From: Lama glama
Taxonomy: Eukaryota
Assembly (NCBI GenBank): GCA_028534125.1
Contig: CM052816.1
Coordinates: 35,404,001-35,468,000, forward strand
Reading direction: 5' to 3'
DNA: 64,000 nt
The position numbers and the translations under genes were made by a program. Of the stretch, positions 24,480 through 36,736 are shown in pieces. Position 1 is the stretch's first letter. The number at the start of each line of letters is the position of its first letter. Below the pieces are notes generated by a model, which was not told the origin of the DNA, ran no database searches, and saw nothing but the letters and a program-made list of their open reading frames with translations.

Positions 24480-25170
24480 AACTCAAGCATGGAAGGCAGG
24501 GGATTTACAGCTTATATCATTTCTGTTTGGGGCTTTAGGTGAGCTTTGATCAGTCTTGCCTGTCTTTCTCTATAATTCTCTGGGCTTTTTCAGTACTGCC
24601 AAACTCAGGATTCCAGAGAGGGCCTCTCCTGGGAAATATATACTTTCTTCTTTGTTGTTTTTGTATAAGCCCTCTTAAGCCTAAGCTTGCCTTTTTAATC
24701 TTAGGATCATGTTGACAACCACAGGCATTCTAACCTATTGGGTTTTCCTACTGCTATAGCCTCAGTAGGCACATAGTCACCGTCCTTATGTTTAACCAAT
24801 TATTTTGCTATCATATGACAATGATTGACAATTTCCCAGCCTAGAATAAAGTGCATTCACCACCTAATTTCCATTCAACAACTCCTACATTTTATAGTCT
24901 GTTACTTTCAACACCTTATTTCTGGGAATAAATTCTGTGTCTGTCAGGATGTATTTGGTTGAAGGGACTAGAACACACAGAGTGATTTACTAGTTCATGT
25001 GATAAAGAGTTTGTGATAGGATAGGCTTCAAGCATGGTTTTATCAGGGCTTTAGATCCAATTCTCTGTAGTGCTTGGCTTTGCCCTCCCCCTGTGTAGGT
25101 TTGGTCCTCAGCCTGGCTTTCTTCATGGTGGTGAGATGGCTGCCAATGGCTAACAATGCTACATGTTTCT
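24480..25170 (-). mobile_element. MaLR internal fragment adjoining an old MLT1 LTR
   Basis: Internal/LTR junction-like 'tttctgggaataaattctgtgtctgtcagg' at ~24920-24950; LTR motifs 'ggcttcaagcatggttttatcagggct' and 'gtggtgagatggctgcc'. Confidence 0.5.
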
Positions 25171-26405
25171 TGTTTACAAATAATAAATTTCTCTCTAAAT
25201 TTCAGTTTTTCTCTAACATTAGTAGAGAGAAAGGGGCTCCGGTTTATAACTAAGTTGTACTTAGTAGTTGTCACATCTCCATGTATTAATTCAACATTTT
25301 CTCCTGACAAAATGAAACCCCCTCATGTAATAAGGAGAGAGGAAATCTCAGTCCACCCATTCATTTTCACAAGCATTTACTTCAGGGTACTTTATGTTAA
25401 GTAGGGTTTTCTCTTCCAAGACTCAGAGACCCATTTCTTTTTCCCTCTTGCCCTCAAATAGGACAAATTTTTTATTTCCAGATGGATGTCTGAGAGCAAG
25501 GAGGATGCCTGCTGGTTGGTAAAAATGGGACAACCTGGGAAAGGGGCTGTGCCAGGAAAGAAATGCTGTGGTGCTACTTCTTCCTTGATGGCTCTCCTCC
25601 TGCTCACAGAGGTATCAGTGGAGAGAGGAAAAGCCATCCTTCAAAGGAGAAACAGCTATTGAGATGATATTACCACCCACTTTCCACAGACATCCCAGAA
25701 TTTAGAGATCTGGTTGCAGTGAGGAGGTCTGCTCCTTCACTTCTGTGCCAGCTCTGCAGAGGGTCCCTGGACACCACTTTGCACCCAGCACAGCTGTATT
25801 TTCAGACTCTTAGCTCTTGTTACCCTATTCCTTTTTGTTAAGGCATAGTCCAACACATTACGATTTTCAAGAAGAATTCAAACCACTTCCTTAAGAATGA
25901 ACTCAATTTTAGAGCAGTTCATGTGTAAACATGCATTTACTCAGAATGTCCAACCACATGTTCAACTAAAAGGAAAACAGGTTATAAGGAAGATGTGGTC
26001 AGATTGGTACCCAGGAATCTGCCAAGACAGAGGTTCAACCCTCCTGCTCTGTGTCTGTGAAATGTGCAGAGGCGTACAGAAAAAGGCCTGTTGGGAAGTC
26101 AAGGGAAAATGCTCCCTCCTTCTTCAAAGAAGTTCTGAGAAAGTCCAAAACAGAAAGAGCAGAAGGGAAATTTGGAAGAGACAATGCAGATAACTCAAAG
26201 CTGAAGCAAACTAATACTGGATTTGGTGGACCAAACTCATAATTCTTCCCTCAGAGGACATTCTTTGGGACCATACATGGAACTATGTCTAAAACCCCTG
26301 CCTTTTTCCATCATAATGCCCTTTTTGAATTTAGGTATCACAACCAAGCAGAATACAATCTCACACCACCTCAGTCATGACAACATGTTAGAGATTGCAC
26401 ATTTA

Positions 26406-27070
26406 TGGCCTGAAGTAATTTGTTTGAGGGAGAGAGCTGCTGCATTAGATACAGCTGGAGTTCAGTTAGTGGACAACCAGTCTCAATTGCTCAAGGTTCT
26501 GGTGCACAGGGACACAGAGTGTCTCAGTCAGCTCTCACTTCTCACCGAGGAAGATATCCTGTTTCCCAAGTTGCTCAAATGCCCAGCAATTGGATCATGT
26601 GATAAATACAAATTAAACTTTTGGTTATTCCAATCTATCCTTATTATGAGCACTGGGCTGGAGCCAACTTAAGGGAGTAAACATTCAAGGGCAGAGATAG
26701 CTACTGTGTTATCACTTTGCACTTGATTGCTTTGCTGCAATTCCTTCCATTCAGACGTTCTCCCTCTTTCCATAACCTGTTTTGTATTCTGCTGGTAGAG
26801 CTAGCTCCTCCTCACCAAAGAAAGCAAGCTAAATTGTTTTTAGATAAAAATGTCATCTGCATCCCTCAAAATGGGAAATTCAATCATACAAATGACTGTA
26901 CAAATGGCTGTGGAGGCTGGTTCTCCATTTCCAATGTGGTGTCACTTAGAATGAGATGTTCTTCAGCAGCTGTTGTGCATTATTATGGAGGCTGAAAGCC
27001 CATCCCACCAATCACGGCAGAGAATACCCAAAGCTGCAGTGCCCTCCCTCAAACAAATTACTTCAGGTTG
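26406..27070. repeat. Inverted-repeat-bounded element (putative ancient DNA transposon/MITE)
   Basis: Perfect 24-bp inverted repeat 26409-26432 / 27044-27067; decayed arm similarity further inward; TA at both flanks. Confidence 0.7.
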
Positions 27071-27481
27071 TAAAATCATAGTTGTCAACAGCAACCAAGA
27101 GAGCAGACTGCATCCCGGAAGTCCAGCACACCATGCTCGGGGTACAGGCCACACTGTTAACACAGGAACAGCGGCTTGCTGTGCGGTCTAGGAACAAATA
27201 AGTACCCCTCACAAATGTGACATCCCCTGTGAGAAGGTTAAGATACAGAGGGTCTGAGAACCGTAAGAGCAGAGGGGCCATAAAGCTTGGTGACCTGTCA
27301 GCTCGCTTCAACCAAATTTCTATCTCCTCATTCCAACAGAATATTTCCCTGTTATTACTGCTTTTCTCTGTTGAATAGTGCTCTTTAGGTAAATTCAGAG
27401 TATGCATTTACGATCTCTCTTTTATTTGATACAGCTTAAAGACAACTTTAGTTTATGCAATGCCTGTATCGTATATCCTCA

Positions 27482-27494
27482 CGACTAGAGGGCA
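27482..27494 (+). promoter_or_regulatory. Candidate CTCF core motif
   Basis: CGACTAGAGGGCA vs consensus CCASYAGRKGGCR (one mismatch), in unique sequence. Confidence 0.4.
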
Positions 27495-27661
27495 AAGGGC
27501 TGATTCTTAAAGACACCTGCCAGGGAACAAGTCAGTGAGAATGTACACCAATTTCATTCTGGTGTGCTCAGGTAACTGTTATCCACACAAGAATTGCAGC
27601 GATAAATTACAGTGCATTAACTTCTTCATTTGGCATCCACAAAGTTGGTGTAAGGAAGGGA

Positions 27662-27878
27662 AACATATTTACTGAATGCCTATTTGGGACTTGGCCTCAG
27701 TGTAAGGGATTTTTGCATAGATTATCTCATGTAGTCCTAAAGCCCCTGTTAGATAGGAATTATTATTTCCATATTTACAGGTAAGGGTATTGAGGCTGAC
27801 AATATCTAAACTACTCAGGTTTCTACACAGAGAGTGAGTGAACTAGAATGTGACCTGTCTCTTTGCTCTTTTCACTAT
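27662..27878 (-). mobile_element. MIR SINE
   Basis: 'atttactgaatgccta...attatctcatgtagtcct...attatttccatatttacag...tgaggct'. Confidence 0.75.
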
Positions 27879-30800
27879 GTATTTCAATTTGGGGTATGTG
27901 ACTTGAAGAAAGTAGATTTCAGTAAACTTTTCCCACCTTGAGTCTACTCAGTTTTTACAGTAAGAACTTTCTGGGAATACTATACTTTTGGAAAGCAAAT
28001 TGCTTGTTCCTCAAGTAGTGAAAGTTTCTCTTCTGTATTTTCACTTCCACAGCCTTCTCTTCCCTTTTCCTGTTTGCATGAGCATGGGAATTTTTAGCAG
28101 AGTAAAACAGCAATCCTAGGGAAAATGCGATCATATCCCTCTAGAAAGATACTAAAGTGATGGTCCTAGAGGATCCATATAATTCCTACCTCATCAAAAG
28201 TCACTCTTCCAAAAAAACAAATACCAGCCAACCAACCAACCAACAAAACCAGACAGGAAGATACACACACATCCCTTAGAAAAATTCTGTCTGTGTCTCT
28301 TAGCCTGGCTGCTGACTCATTATGGGAAGAAATACTTGGCCTTAGACCTCGTTGTAAAATGAGGACCTCTTGTGGGAAGTGAATGGTGGTTTGACTGGCT
28401 TGGCCACTGCTCAAATTGTCAGTATGGGTCTGAGGGTTTGTCCTGAGAGTTTAGAGAGCCAAGGGGCAAAGCATGCCAGGAGACTCTCCATAGGAGAAGG
28501 GTGGAAAAGGGTCAGAGGCAGAACTGAAGATGAAGGCACAGAGCCAAGAGGTTAGAGTGTGGTGGAAGCAGAGATCTAGACAAGGGGAAGGCAGAAGGAA
28601 GAGCATAGACGACTACCATGAGTAGCCTTGAAGAATCTGGAAACCTTGCGCTTCAGGACCACTCAATTTTTAAAGTATAAGACATGTGAGATGGGTGCTA
28701 GGTAGTAGCGTGGACAAGAACCTAGGATGGAGATTCACAAAAATTATCCGTGAAAAGTATGTGGATTTTGTTATTGTTGTTGTTATTGTATTATTTTTGG
28801 TCAGCTCTCCCCAACCCCAACAACTAATAACACCATTCTTCCCCCTAGAGAAAGCCTTTTGTCTTGTCCTTTCTATGAGGATAATCCTACTGGACCTTTT
28901 CCTGATGCACACATGTTGTACTTCTATCTTGCAGATTTTTTTATCTCCCATTTCATGCCATGTTTTCTGTTATCTATATTATTCCAAATGTGATTTGCAT
29001 GTGTTTACATTTCCTACTTAATTCTATAGTCATTCATTTACCTTTTTTTCCACAAAATGCCCTGAAAAAATGTGTATTCTGTGGAGACAGAGTATTATTG
29101 CCTGTAAAATAAAACGGAGACACTCAGAACATCAGCATTTAGATAAACTTCTCGCCATGGAGCCCAGTGGGGGTCTGTCCTCTTATACAAACATTCCCCT
29201 TGAGTGTTACACAAAGAAGAATCTGGTACTTAAAGAATCCCCCTGGAAAAATAAGTAAGCATTTCTATAACCTTGCTTTGCAATATTTATGTGAGGGACA
29301 TTGTGATCCAACCTTGAACAACAAAACATTGAAGTACAAAGCATTGTTGGGACTGCTGTTGTGCTTAAAATAAAATTGGTGCAATTCTCAAGCTAAAATT
29401 CAGAAAGTAGTTAGTTATAATCTAAAAGTGGGCTTGGGTGGATGTTTCCCTTTATTCCTCCTAAGAGAAGAGTAGCACTTGGAGATATCTTTTCTTGGCC
29501 AACACACACTCTGCCAAGAGAAAAAGAAATTCTTTGAATAAACATTTTCTAAAGGGAATACCATGGAAGCAGAGGAACAGTCTCTCAATCCCTCTTTTCC
29601 CTCTGTGCACACTTCTTCAGAGAATGAGAGGGAGGTGTCAAGACTCTGGAGCAAACCTCTGGAACAACTTCAAGTCACATTTGGGTAGAAAACCAACGGG
29701 TATTTTCTTCCTTCTATAACTCCGGAGCTTGCTTTGATTGAGTATCTCAAGTCAATACAATGGCATGTCAGACTCTAAGTTTCTTTAGGGTTAAAATGTT
29801 CCTAAGAACAGGTTGCCAGCATATTGAGCCAGAATTCAAAAATTTCTTCTTTTGAATTGTGAAAATCCCCACAAAATCTCTCCACTACATCATCACACAG
29901 TCCCCTTAGTGGGTTCATGGTTGGGCTGGCTAAAAGCAAAACTGAATGCTATTTCCCCCAATGTATCTGCTCTAGGCTGAGAGACTAACTTAGTTATTTG
30001 TTGTGCTTCCAGATCCTTTGGGTCTCTTATGATTTGGAAATGGGAATGCACAGCTGCAATGTGGCAATCAAAGTGGAGGAGGAGATCATTTACATGCTAA
30101 CACACAGAGATTTCGTAGTCAAGGTTACTCATAAATCAAATAGATGTCATTTCATAAACACCCCCAAACAACTGTACTCCATTATTGAAATGGGAAGCAG
30201 TGCTGCTAATGGATATCTAAGGACTAAAGTCAATTTAACTTACAGGCACTCAGCTGCTCCAACAGTTGTGAACATGTCTGAATGTTAATAAACACTGATT
30301 AGTATTAATATCATACAAGACTTTAAATGTGGCTGGCATGAAATTCTCAGTCTAATGGACAGAGAAACCTGTTGACAAAGATTTATTCTCTTTATTCCTT
30401 TGTCTAAAGAAATGCTCTATAGGTTTGACAGTATTATCATCAGTTTCACAAAGATATTATGGCACTTCTTGCATTTTAGAGCCTATAACATTTCCATGAA
30501 GAGAGAGTTGAACTCTCATTTGTCACTCAGAGACAACACCGAAATGATACACCAAGAGCTGCAAGTGGAATGTGAAAATTAGGAAAGAGTGAAGACATGC
30601 AGACTGTGATAATATAGAACAGCTGGGAACGAAGGGCTGTTCCTCAGAGAAGTTGACAGCAGCCGTGACCTGCATAGCAAGTAGTAATGCTGGGACATGG
30701 CTCCACTTTTATTTCCTTTCAACATGAGTGTAAAGGAGGAAAATGAAGGGAAGAGAAAAGTATTGATTGGAATTGCAAAGGTGTCTGATTTTACCAAGTT

Positions 30801-30965
30801 TCATGTGAACTCTAAACTGATTTTTTTCCTATTTTTTCATCATTATTTGCCTTTACTACCCTGTGATAGGAAATGACTAGACATAGAATGCAGAGTTAAG
30901 GTTAGGATTAATATGGATCAGTGGATTTTACTTGAATAATATCTATTATCTAGGATGGTTATATA

Positions 30966-31230
30966 TTTTAAATAGTTTTATTGAGGTATAATTGGCAAAT
31001 AAAACTTCTGTATGTTTAAGGTGTACAACTTAATGTTTTTCTGACGTATGTCTACATTGATAAATGATCATCACAATCAAGCTAATAACATATCCATCAC
31101 TTCATATAGTTACCATTTTTTCTTTGTAAGTGTGTGTGGTGAGAATACTTAAGCAAATTTCAAGTACATGATACAGAATTATTAACTATAATCACCACAC
31201 TGTACATTAGCTCTCCAGAACTTATTCATC
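30966..31230 (-). mobile_element. L1MA-type 3'UTR end
   Basis: 'tttattgaggtataattg...tttaaggtgtacaac...caatcaagctaataacatatccatcac...ctccagaacttattcatc'. Confidence 0.88.
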
Positions 31231-32160
31231 ACAAAGGTGACAAGGCAGTGCAGTGGGGGAAAGCATTATCTTTTCAATAATTGGTGCTGGGTAGATTGGA
31301 TGTCCATATGAGAAAGAAAAAGGAGAAGCTGTATCCCCCCAAGAATATACAAAAATTAATTCTAAGAGGGTTTCAGATTCTAACTGGTGAAAGGTTAAAA
31401 TTTCAGAAGAAAAAATATCTTCATGACTGTGGCATAGGCAAAAATTCTTTAATAAGACACACAAGGCATTTATACCGAGAAAGAAGTCGATAAACAGAAC
31501 CATAGGAATAAGAAACAGGTTATGGAAAGAATAATGTAAGTCAATAAGAAAAAGACACAATACAAAAATGAGCTTTTACTTGGACAGAGAATATCCAAAT
31601 GGCCAATAAACATAAACATATGAGAATGTACTCAACTTCATTGGTCACCAAAAAATAAATAAAGAAAGAAAGAAAAGAAAAGAAAAAAAGCCACAGTGAA
31701 TTCAATAAAGTAAGCTTATCAAAAAGTATAGTTTTGTCACCTTTTAGGACATTTGGTTATTTGACATTCTTTCTTCCATATCTCCTTGTTAGTATACATG
31801 GCCAATTAGCCAACTGTCACAAGTAGGGCTCGTATTAGTATCTACCTGTACTACATGTCAAGGTAAGGAAAGTTGCATTTATCTCCTCCTTGGATCATGT
31901 GTGTAACTATTCCTCCCACTTAGTCTGTTGACTCAAAGCACAGGGTCTACATAGTGCATACATCTTTGCTATATATGTGGGCTTCTTTACATGTGGGCTT
32001 ATATGTAGGAACACACGGTGTCTTTATCTGGGTGCTAATTATACAGGTGTGCTCAATTTATAAAAATGCACCCAACAATACACTCATAATTTGTTTACTT
32101 CTCTGTATAAATGTTGTGCATCTGTTATAGCTGTTAAACTTCAATAAAAAAGTTTTAAAA
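31231..32160 (+). mobile_element. Old L1 (L1ME/MD-like) ORF2 and 3'UTR fragments
   Basis: 'cttttcaataattggtgctggg', 'caaatggccaataaacat...tactcaacttcatt', terminal 'aacttcaataaaaaag'; (GAAA)n expansion at ~31660-31690; middle portion uncertain. Confidence 0.65.
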
Positions 32161-32214
32161 ATCAAATAACACCTGAACTCAAATGTTAATGAGTCCTCAC
32201 TCTTTGCTACAACC

Positions 32215-33125
32215 TATGGAAAAGTTGAAAGAATATTAATACAATTGGACACACATATACTCTATACCTATGTTACCTATATTCACCAGTTGTTAAAATT
32301 GTGCCGTATTTGTTTTCTCTCTCTCCCCCTCTTCCTCCATCCACATACACATGCACTTTATCTAAATCAGTTGAGAGTAAGCTGTAGACATTACGACACT
32401 TCACTTCTAAGTTCTTCAGTATATATCTCCTAAGAACAAAGACATACCATGTAGGTACTACATAACTACAATTCAATTATCATATCAAAAAGAGTAAGTT
32501 TCTTATGTAAATTCTGTGTTCAATTTTCCCAATTGTCCCAATAATGTCATATCGTTTGGGGTATTTTTCAAAAGAGCTGGGCTCCGAACAATTAGTTGTC
32601 AAGTCTCTCCAGTGGTGGTTGCCCTCCTCTTCCTGGCCTGCTCCAGGAGCGAGGCTACCTGTCTTCTCTACTCCCCATCTCTGTCTCCCGCACCACCCCT
32701 AACTCCCCATCTTGCAAGTATCCACTGTGGTCTGGGAGAGGAGCCTGGCAGTGCTATGACATCCCTGTGTGTGAGGTTCCCAGAGGCTCCATGGTCTTGT
32801 GCTTGCTCACCCTCATCTTTAAGCAATTCATTAAAAATAGGACCTGAAATCTTATCATAGTGACCCCATCTTCCTCAGTGCCATGCCAAGGCAAACCAGG
32901 GCCCATGCAGTGTCTCTTCCTGAAGGCATCCATTTTAAAACTCAGATTTCGTGATAGTTGGATGCACTGAAAGCTTAGCTTTTACATGGGTTCAAGAAAA
33001 CGATTTTATACAATATGCAGCATTTGCCTGATCCTAGGGTTGTAATGACCCTCCTTCCAACTTTCCATACCCTAAGAAGAAGCCAGAAGCTATTTTAAAA
33101 ATTCAATGTATTATCTTTCAGTTGC

Positions 33126-33173
<48 letters not shown>

Positions 33174-33375
33174 GATTCTCAAATTATCCCCAGTTCCAAA
33201 TTTGGCCAGTCATGATGTCCTGAAGGTAGCTCTTGGGACCTTTTGGCATGCTGCTATTTGTCCTCGGGCCCTTTCCTCCCAGCATGAGATCTTCCAGGCT
33301 CCCTTTTGTTTTCCTTGCCTCAGGTCTAGAGCCGGTCATTTCTCCATGGATATTTACTTCCTTTTACTGGGGAGC
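32215..33375 (-). mobile_element. L1MC4/5-like 3' fragments (discontinuous)
   Basis: 'gaaaagttgaaagaata', 'ttgagagtaagctgtagacat...ctcctaagaacaaagacat', 'tttggccagt', 'catttctccatgga'. Confidence 0.65.
33126..33173. repeat. (TAT)16 microsatellite
   Basis: Perfect trinucleotide run; source of the poly-Ile in ORF 33106. Confidence 0.95.
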
Positions 33376-33425
33376 AGCAATGAGAATTGTCATGAAGATA
33401 GATTAATTCCTTCTACTCTTGCTCC

Positions 33426-33517
33426 TTTTTTTTTTTTTCAAATGGAGGTAAGGGGGGTTGAACCCAGGACCTCATTCATGCTAAGCACACACTCAACCAC
33501 TGAGCTATAACCCTCCC
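33426..33517 (-). mobile_element. tRNA-Ala(AGC)-derived SINE, camelid vic-1-like
   Basis: Reverse complement gggagggttatagctcagtggttgagtgtgtgcttagcatgaatgaggtcctgggttcaaccccccttacctcca + A-tail; A box, B box and anticodon loop cttAGCat; approximate TSD tgctcct/tgctctt. Confidence 0.88.
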
Positions 33518-34711
33518 TGCTCTTCATCCTATTTTTTCCTTATTCTCTTCCCTCCTCCACTTCTCCTTTCCTTCTTCCTTTATTACATGGACACTGGACA
33601 TCCTTCTGTGCATGGAGGTACAGAGACGAACAATACAGATGAAATCCTTGCCCTTATCTATTTGGAGACACAGATGGTGAATGAATTATAATAAAGCAGG
33701 GTAGAGAGATAGGCTGCTATTTTCCCACCTTACTGTTGGGTGGTGACAGCAGTTAAGATGCTGGATACAGATCAATAATTGTGTTGTGTTAGTATCTCAG
33801 TAACCATGGAAGTCAGGAATAGTTGATTATTGTTATGAAATTCTCTTCCTTCCCTTTGTTTAACTGACCAAATTTGCTTTGACATGATATGTTGGAGATG
33901 GGAGCTTTGGGAATAAAGTCTGTAAAACAGAAGTTCCGCTACAGACCAACTTTCAATTTGTGAATCTGGAGAGATTAAGCAAAGCTGCATACTTGTGCAA
34001 GAGTGTCATATCAGCCCCCTCTGCAGATAGATGGGGTCAGCAGTCCTGTGGTGATACAGTATTGGTTGTTAGCCCACAGTAAGTATGTCACATTTGTGCT
34101 TTGTTTCCAGAGCTGTTTAACCCTGTCAAATCCCTTAAGTCCAAAAGCATAGTAGTATGGAATGTGTTTCGAAAAAGACGTACATGATTACGATAGAAAC
34201 CAAAGTAATCTTGTCTCTACACAGATATTTATATATTGTCCATATACATGTTGTCCTTATAAATAAATGGACTTAGGACCAAACTTGGAAATAAAATCTC
34301 TACATAAGTATAGGAACTTCTGAACTTAAAAAATTAGAATCAGTCCTGTCTTTTAAATTATCCATCTTCCAGTAGCATTGTGTTCTAAAGTCATTTGTGT
34401 AAGTCAGAAATCCCCTGCTGTCAAAGCAGTCTTTGAAAATTTCTAAAATGCCTTGTATATGTAACTTTAAACAGTACTTCTAAAGTTTGAGCACAATTGA
34501 GTTAGTCTTTAAAAAAGGCAGGAGGTAGGGGACAAAAATCAACTCTAAAATGCTGATTTCTTTGCATTAAAATCATTCAGACTTTAAGATAATCATCAAA
34601 TCTCTGAGCGTAATGGAGGAAGGAGGAGGATTCTAAACTGCTTTCGCTTATCTTCAGATTGACTTCATGTTTTAAAAGCAGTAAGCACAGTTATTTTCAC
34701 ACTTGTCAACT

Positions 34712-34800
34712 TGTGTGTTGTTCTGAGGAATAAATGAGGTTTATATGTGAAAGCATTTAGTTCACGGCTTAGTACATGGTTGGTTCTCAATAAATAAATA
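34712..34800 (+). mobile_element. MIR 3' fragment
   Basis: 'gttgttctgaggaataaatgag...atgtgaaagcatttag...ctcaataaat'. Confidence 0.75.
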
Positions 34801-35409
34801 TGAACGTGATTTTGAGCCTGAGATTTGCTTGATCATATGTACATGCATATGACTTTAAAAAGTAATAGAGAAATACTCAGCCGCCTGTTGCCTGTCATTT
34901 CAAATATGCATTTCTTGAGACTCTGCTAAATGGCTGTCACAGTAATGCCTTTGGGAATTGGTCTCAGGGCCCCTTACATGGGGTCATGCTCACCCAGGGG
35001 GTAGGTTCTCAACCAGTATGAAAAATAAATGAATTTGGACAACACGACTAAAGTACAGATGTCTCCTTATCTGTAGTTCAATGTGCAATTCACCTTCTTC
35101 ATCATTCCTGAATATCTCTGTTCCCTTTCCATTCTCTCACCCCTCATTCATCAGAGCCCGTGGAAACTTGCGATGCCATTTCCTCAGTTTTCTAGCGTTT
35201 TTCCTCAGTAACAATACGTAGTTTCTGGGAGAAATTCCAGCAATTTTTAATTTCCAGTAATGAGAAAAAATTAATAATACTTTTTCTTAATTTTACTCAC
35301 TTGAGAATTAATTTGGAAGGTAGTGTTTCTCTCTGTACAAGTTTGGGATAAATTAAAATTAACCTCTAAGGGGAAATACAGGTTGTTTAGAGGAGTGCCC
35401 TTCTTTAAA

Positions 35410-36197
35410 TATCTTTATTATCAATTTTTATAAGCAAATTGCAAATGTATTTTCCTTATTAAAAACAGACAATACAGAAGAATATAAAGTGAAGATCATA
35501 ATCCTTACCACTTCCTCCAAATTCTAATCCACTCTCCAGAGACAATCAAGTGCTCTTAACACTTTTGTGTGTGTTTTTCCAGACTTTTTATCTTTTCATT
35601 CATATATGTATATACGCACATAAAAACTCCAGTATTGTTTTCTTGACCTTTAAATAACAATACTTAAATTAAATAAGAATGTAGCATAGTTCAATTTACT
35701 TTTTTCAGTTAATGATGTGTTGTGGTAAACTTTCTCTGACCATGATCCACCTAGCTTTTTTTAACTTGCTCCATACAGTATGTCATTGTAATGCATGCAC
35801 CATATAACCTATTTGATGGATATTTAGTTGTTTCTAGTTTTCACTACTACAAACAATGTTTCCAACAACATTCCTGTCCCTGTCTCTTCATGCACATTTG
35901 TGAGTATTCTTCTAGGATAAATATCTGGGAGAGGACTTTCTAGGTCATAGGTAAAACAAAAGATTTTACTAAATACTACAAAACTGTCCTCTAATAAAGG
36001 CTTGGTGATTGTACACCAAGAATGCAAGAGAATACTTGCTTCCCTTACACCTTTGCCCTCAGGTAATATTGCCCTCATTTTTTGCAAATAAGATAGAAAA
36101 TAAATTGTACCTATTTATTTTAATATGCATTGCTCTCATAAATATAGAACTGAACCATGTTTAAATTACCTTTATTAGCTATTCATATATTTTCTTC
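35410..36197 (-). mobile_element. L1ME-like 3' region
   Basis: 'ttgatggatatttagttgtttctagttttcactactacaaacaatg...ctaggataaatatct'; ORF 35824-36087 is a decayed ORF2 tail (TYDLESPLPDIYPR). Confidence 0.8.
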
Positions 36198-36216
36198 CCT
36201 TTCATCAGAACTCTGA

Positions 36217-36736
36217 GATGCCACTCAATATTCCCACACCTGTGATACACATCCTGTATGATCTCTTTCCCTTGAGTGAGGGCAGAACCTATGAACATAA
36301 AGGATTTTTCTCCCATGATTAGGTTACTAATAGTCTGACTCTGAATCACTCAAAAGGGAGATTACACTGAGTGGGACGGGAATGATCATATGAGCCTGCA
36401 GAAGAAGCCAGGGCAATTCAAAGCAGCAGAGATATTTTCCTGCTGTCCTTGAAGAAGCAAACTGTCATGTGGACTGCATGTGGTAAGCTGCTAGGAGGTG
36501 ACAGGGCCCTGAAAAAAGTCACCAAGGAAGCGAGGACTTCAAACAAGGAACTGAATTCTGCCACAACCACTGAGCTGGGAAGAGGATCCTGAATGTAAGA
36601 TGTGACCCCAACCCTGGGTCACATCTTCATTTCAGCCTAGTGGGACCCTGAGTAGAGGACCCAGCTGTTCCACACAGACTTCTGACCCACAAAAACTGTG
36701 AGATAATGTATTTGTGTTGTTTTCAGCTGCTAAATA
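36217..36736 (+). mobile_element. MaLR LTR, MLT1E/F-like
   Basis: 'cccttgagtgagggcag', 'ccttgaagaagcaaactg', 'aaggaactgaattctgcca', 'gacttctgacccacaaaaactgtgagataat...ttcagctgctaa'. Confidence 0.85.

Noticed and set aside
26223..27163. Two ORFs sharing PEVICLRE as paralogous peptides or a toxin-antitoxin-like pair
   Set aside because: The shared peptide is a by-product of the DNA inverted repeat; no other coding evidence
28270..28680. Possible ancient LTR
   Set aside because: LTR-like composition but no termini, TSD or family I can support
30966..31700. Head-to-head L1 pieces as a twin-priming 5' inversion
   Set aside because: The pieces appear to be from subfamilies of different age and no shared TSD was found
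33106..33510. ORF with a poly-Ile 'transmembrane' segment
   Set aside because: Translation of a (TAT)n microsatellite, an L1 remnant and a SINE
33426..33517. Functional tRNA-Ala gene
   Set aside because: Stem mismatches, A-tail and TSD indicate a SINE copy
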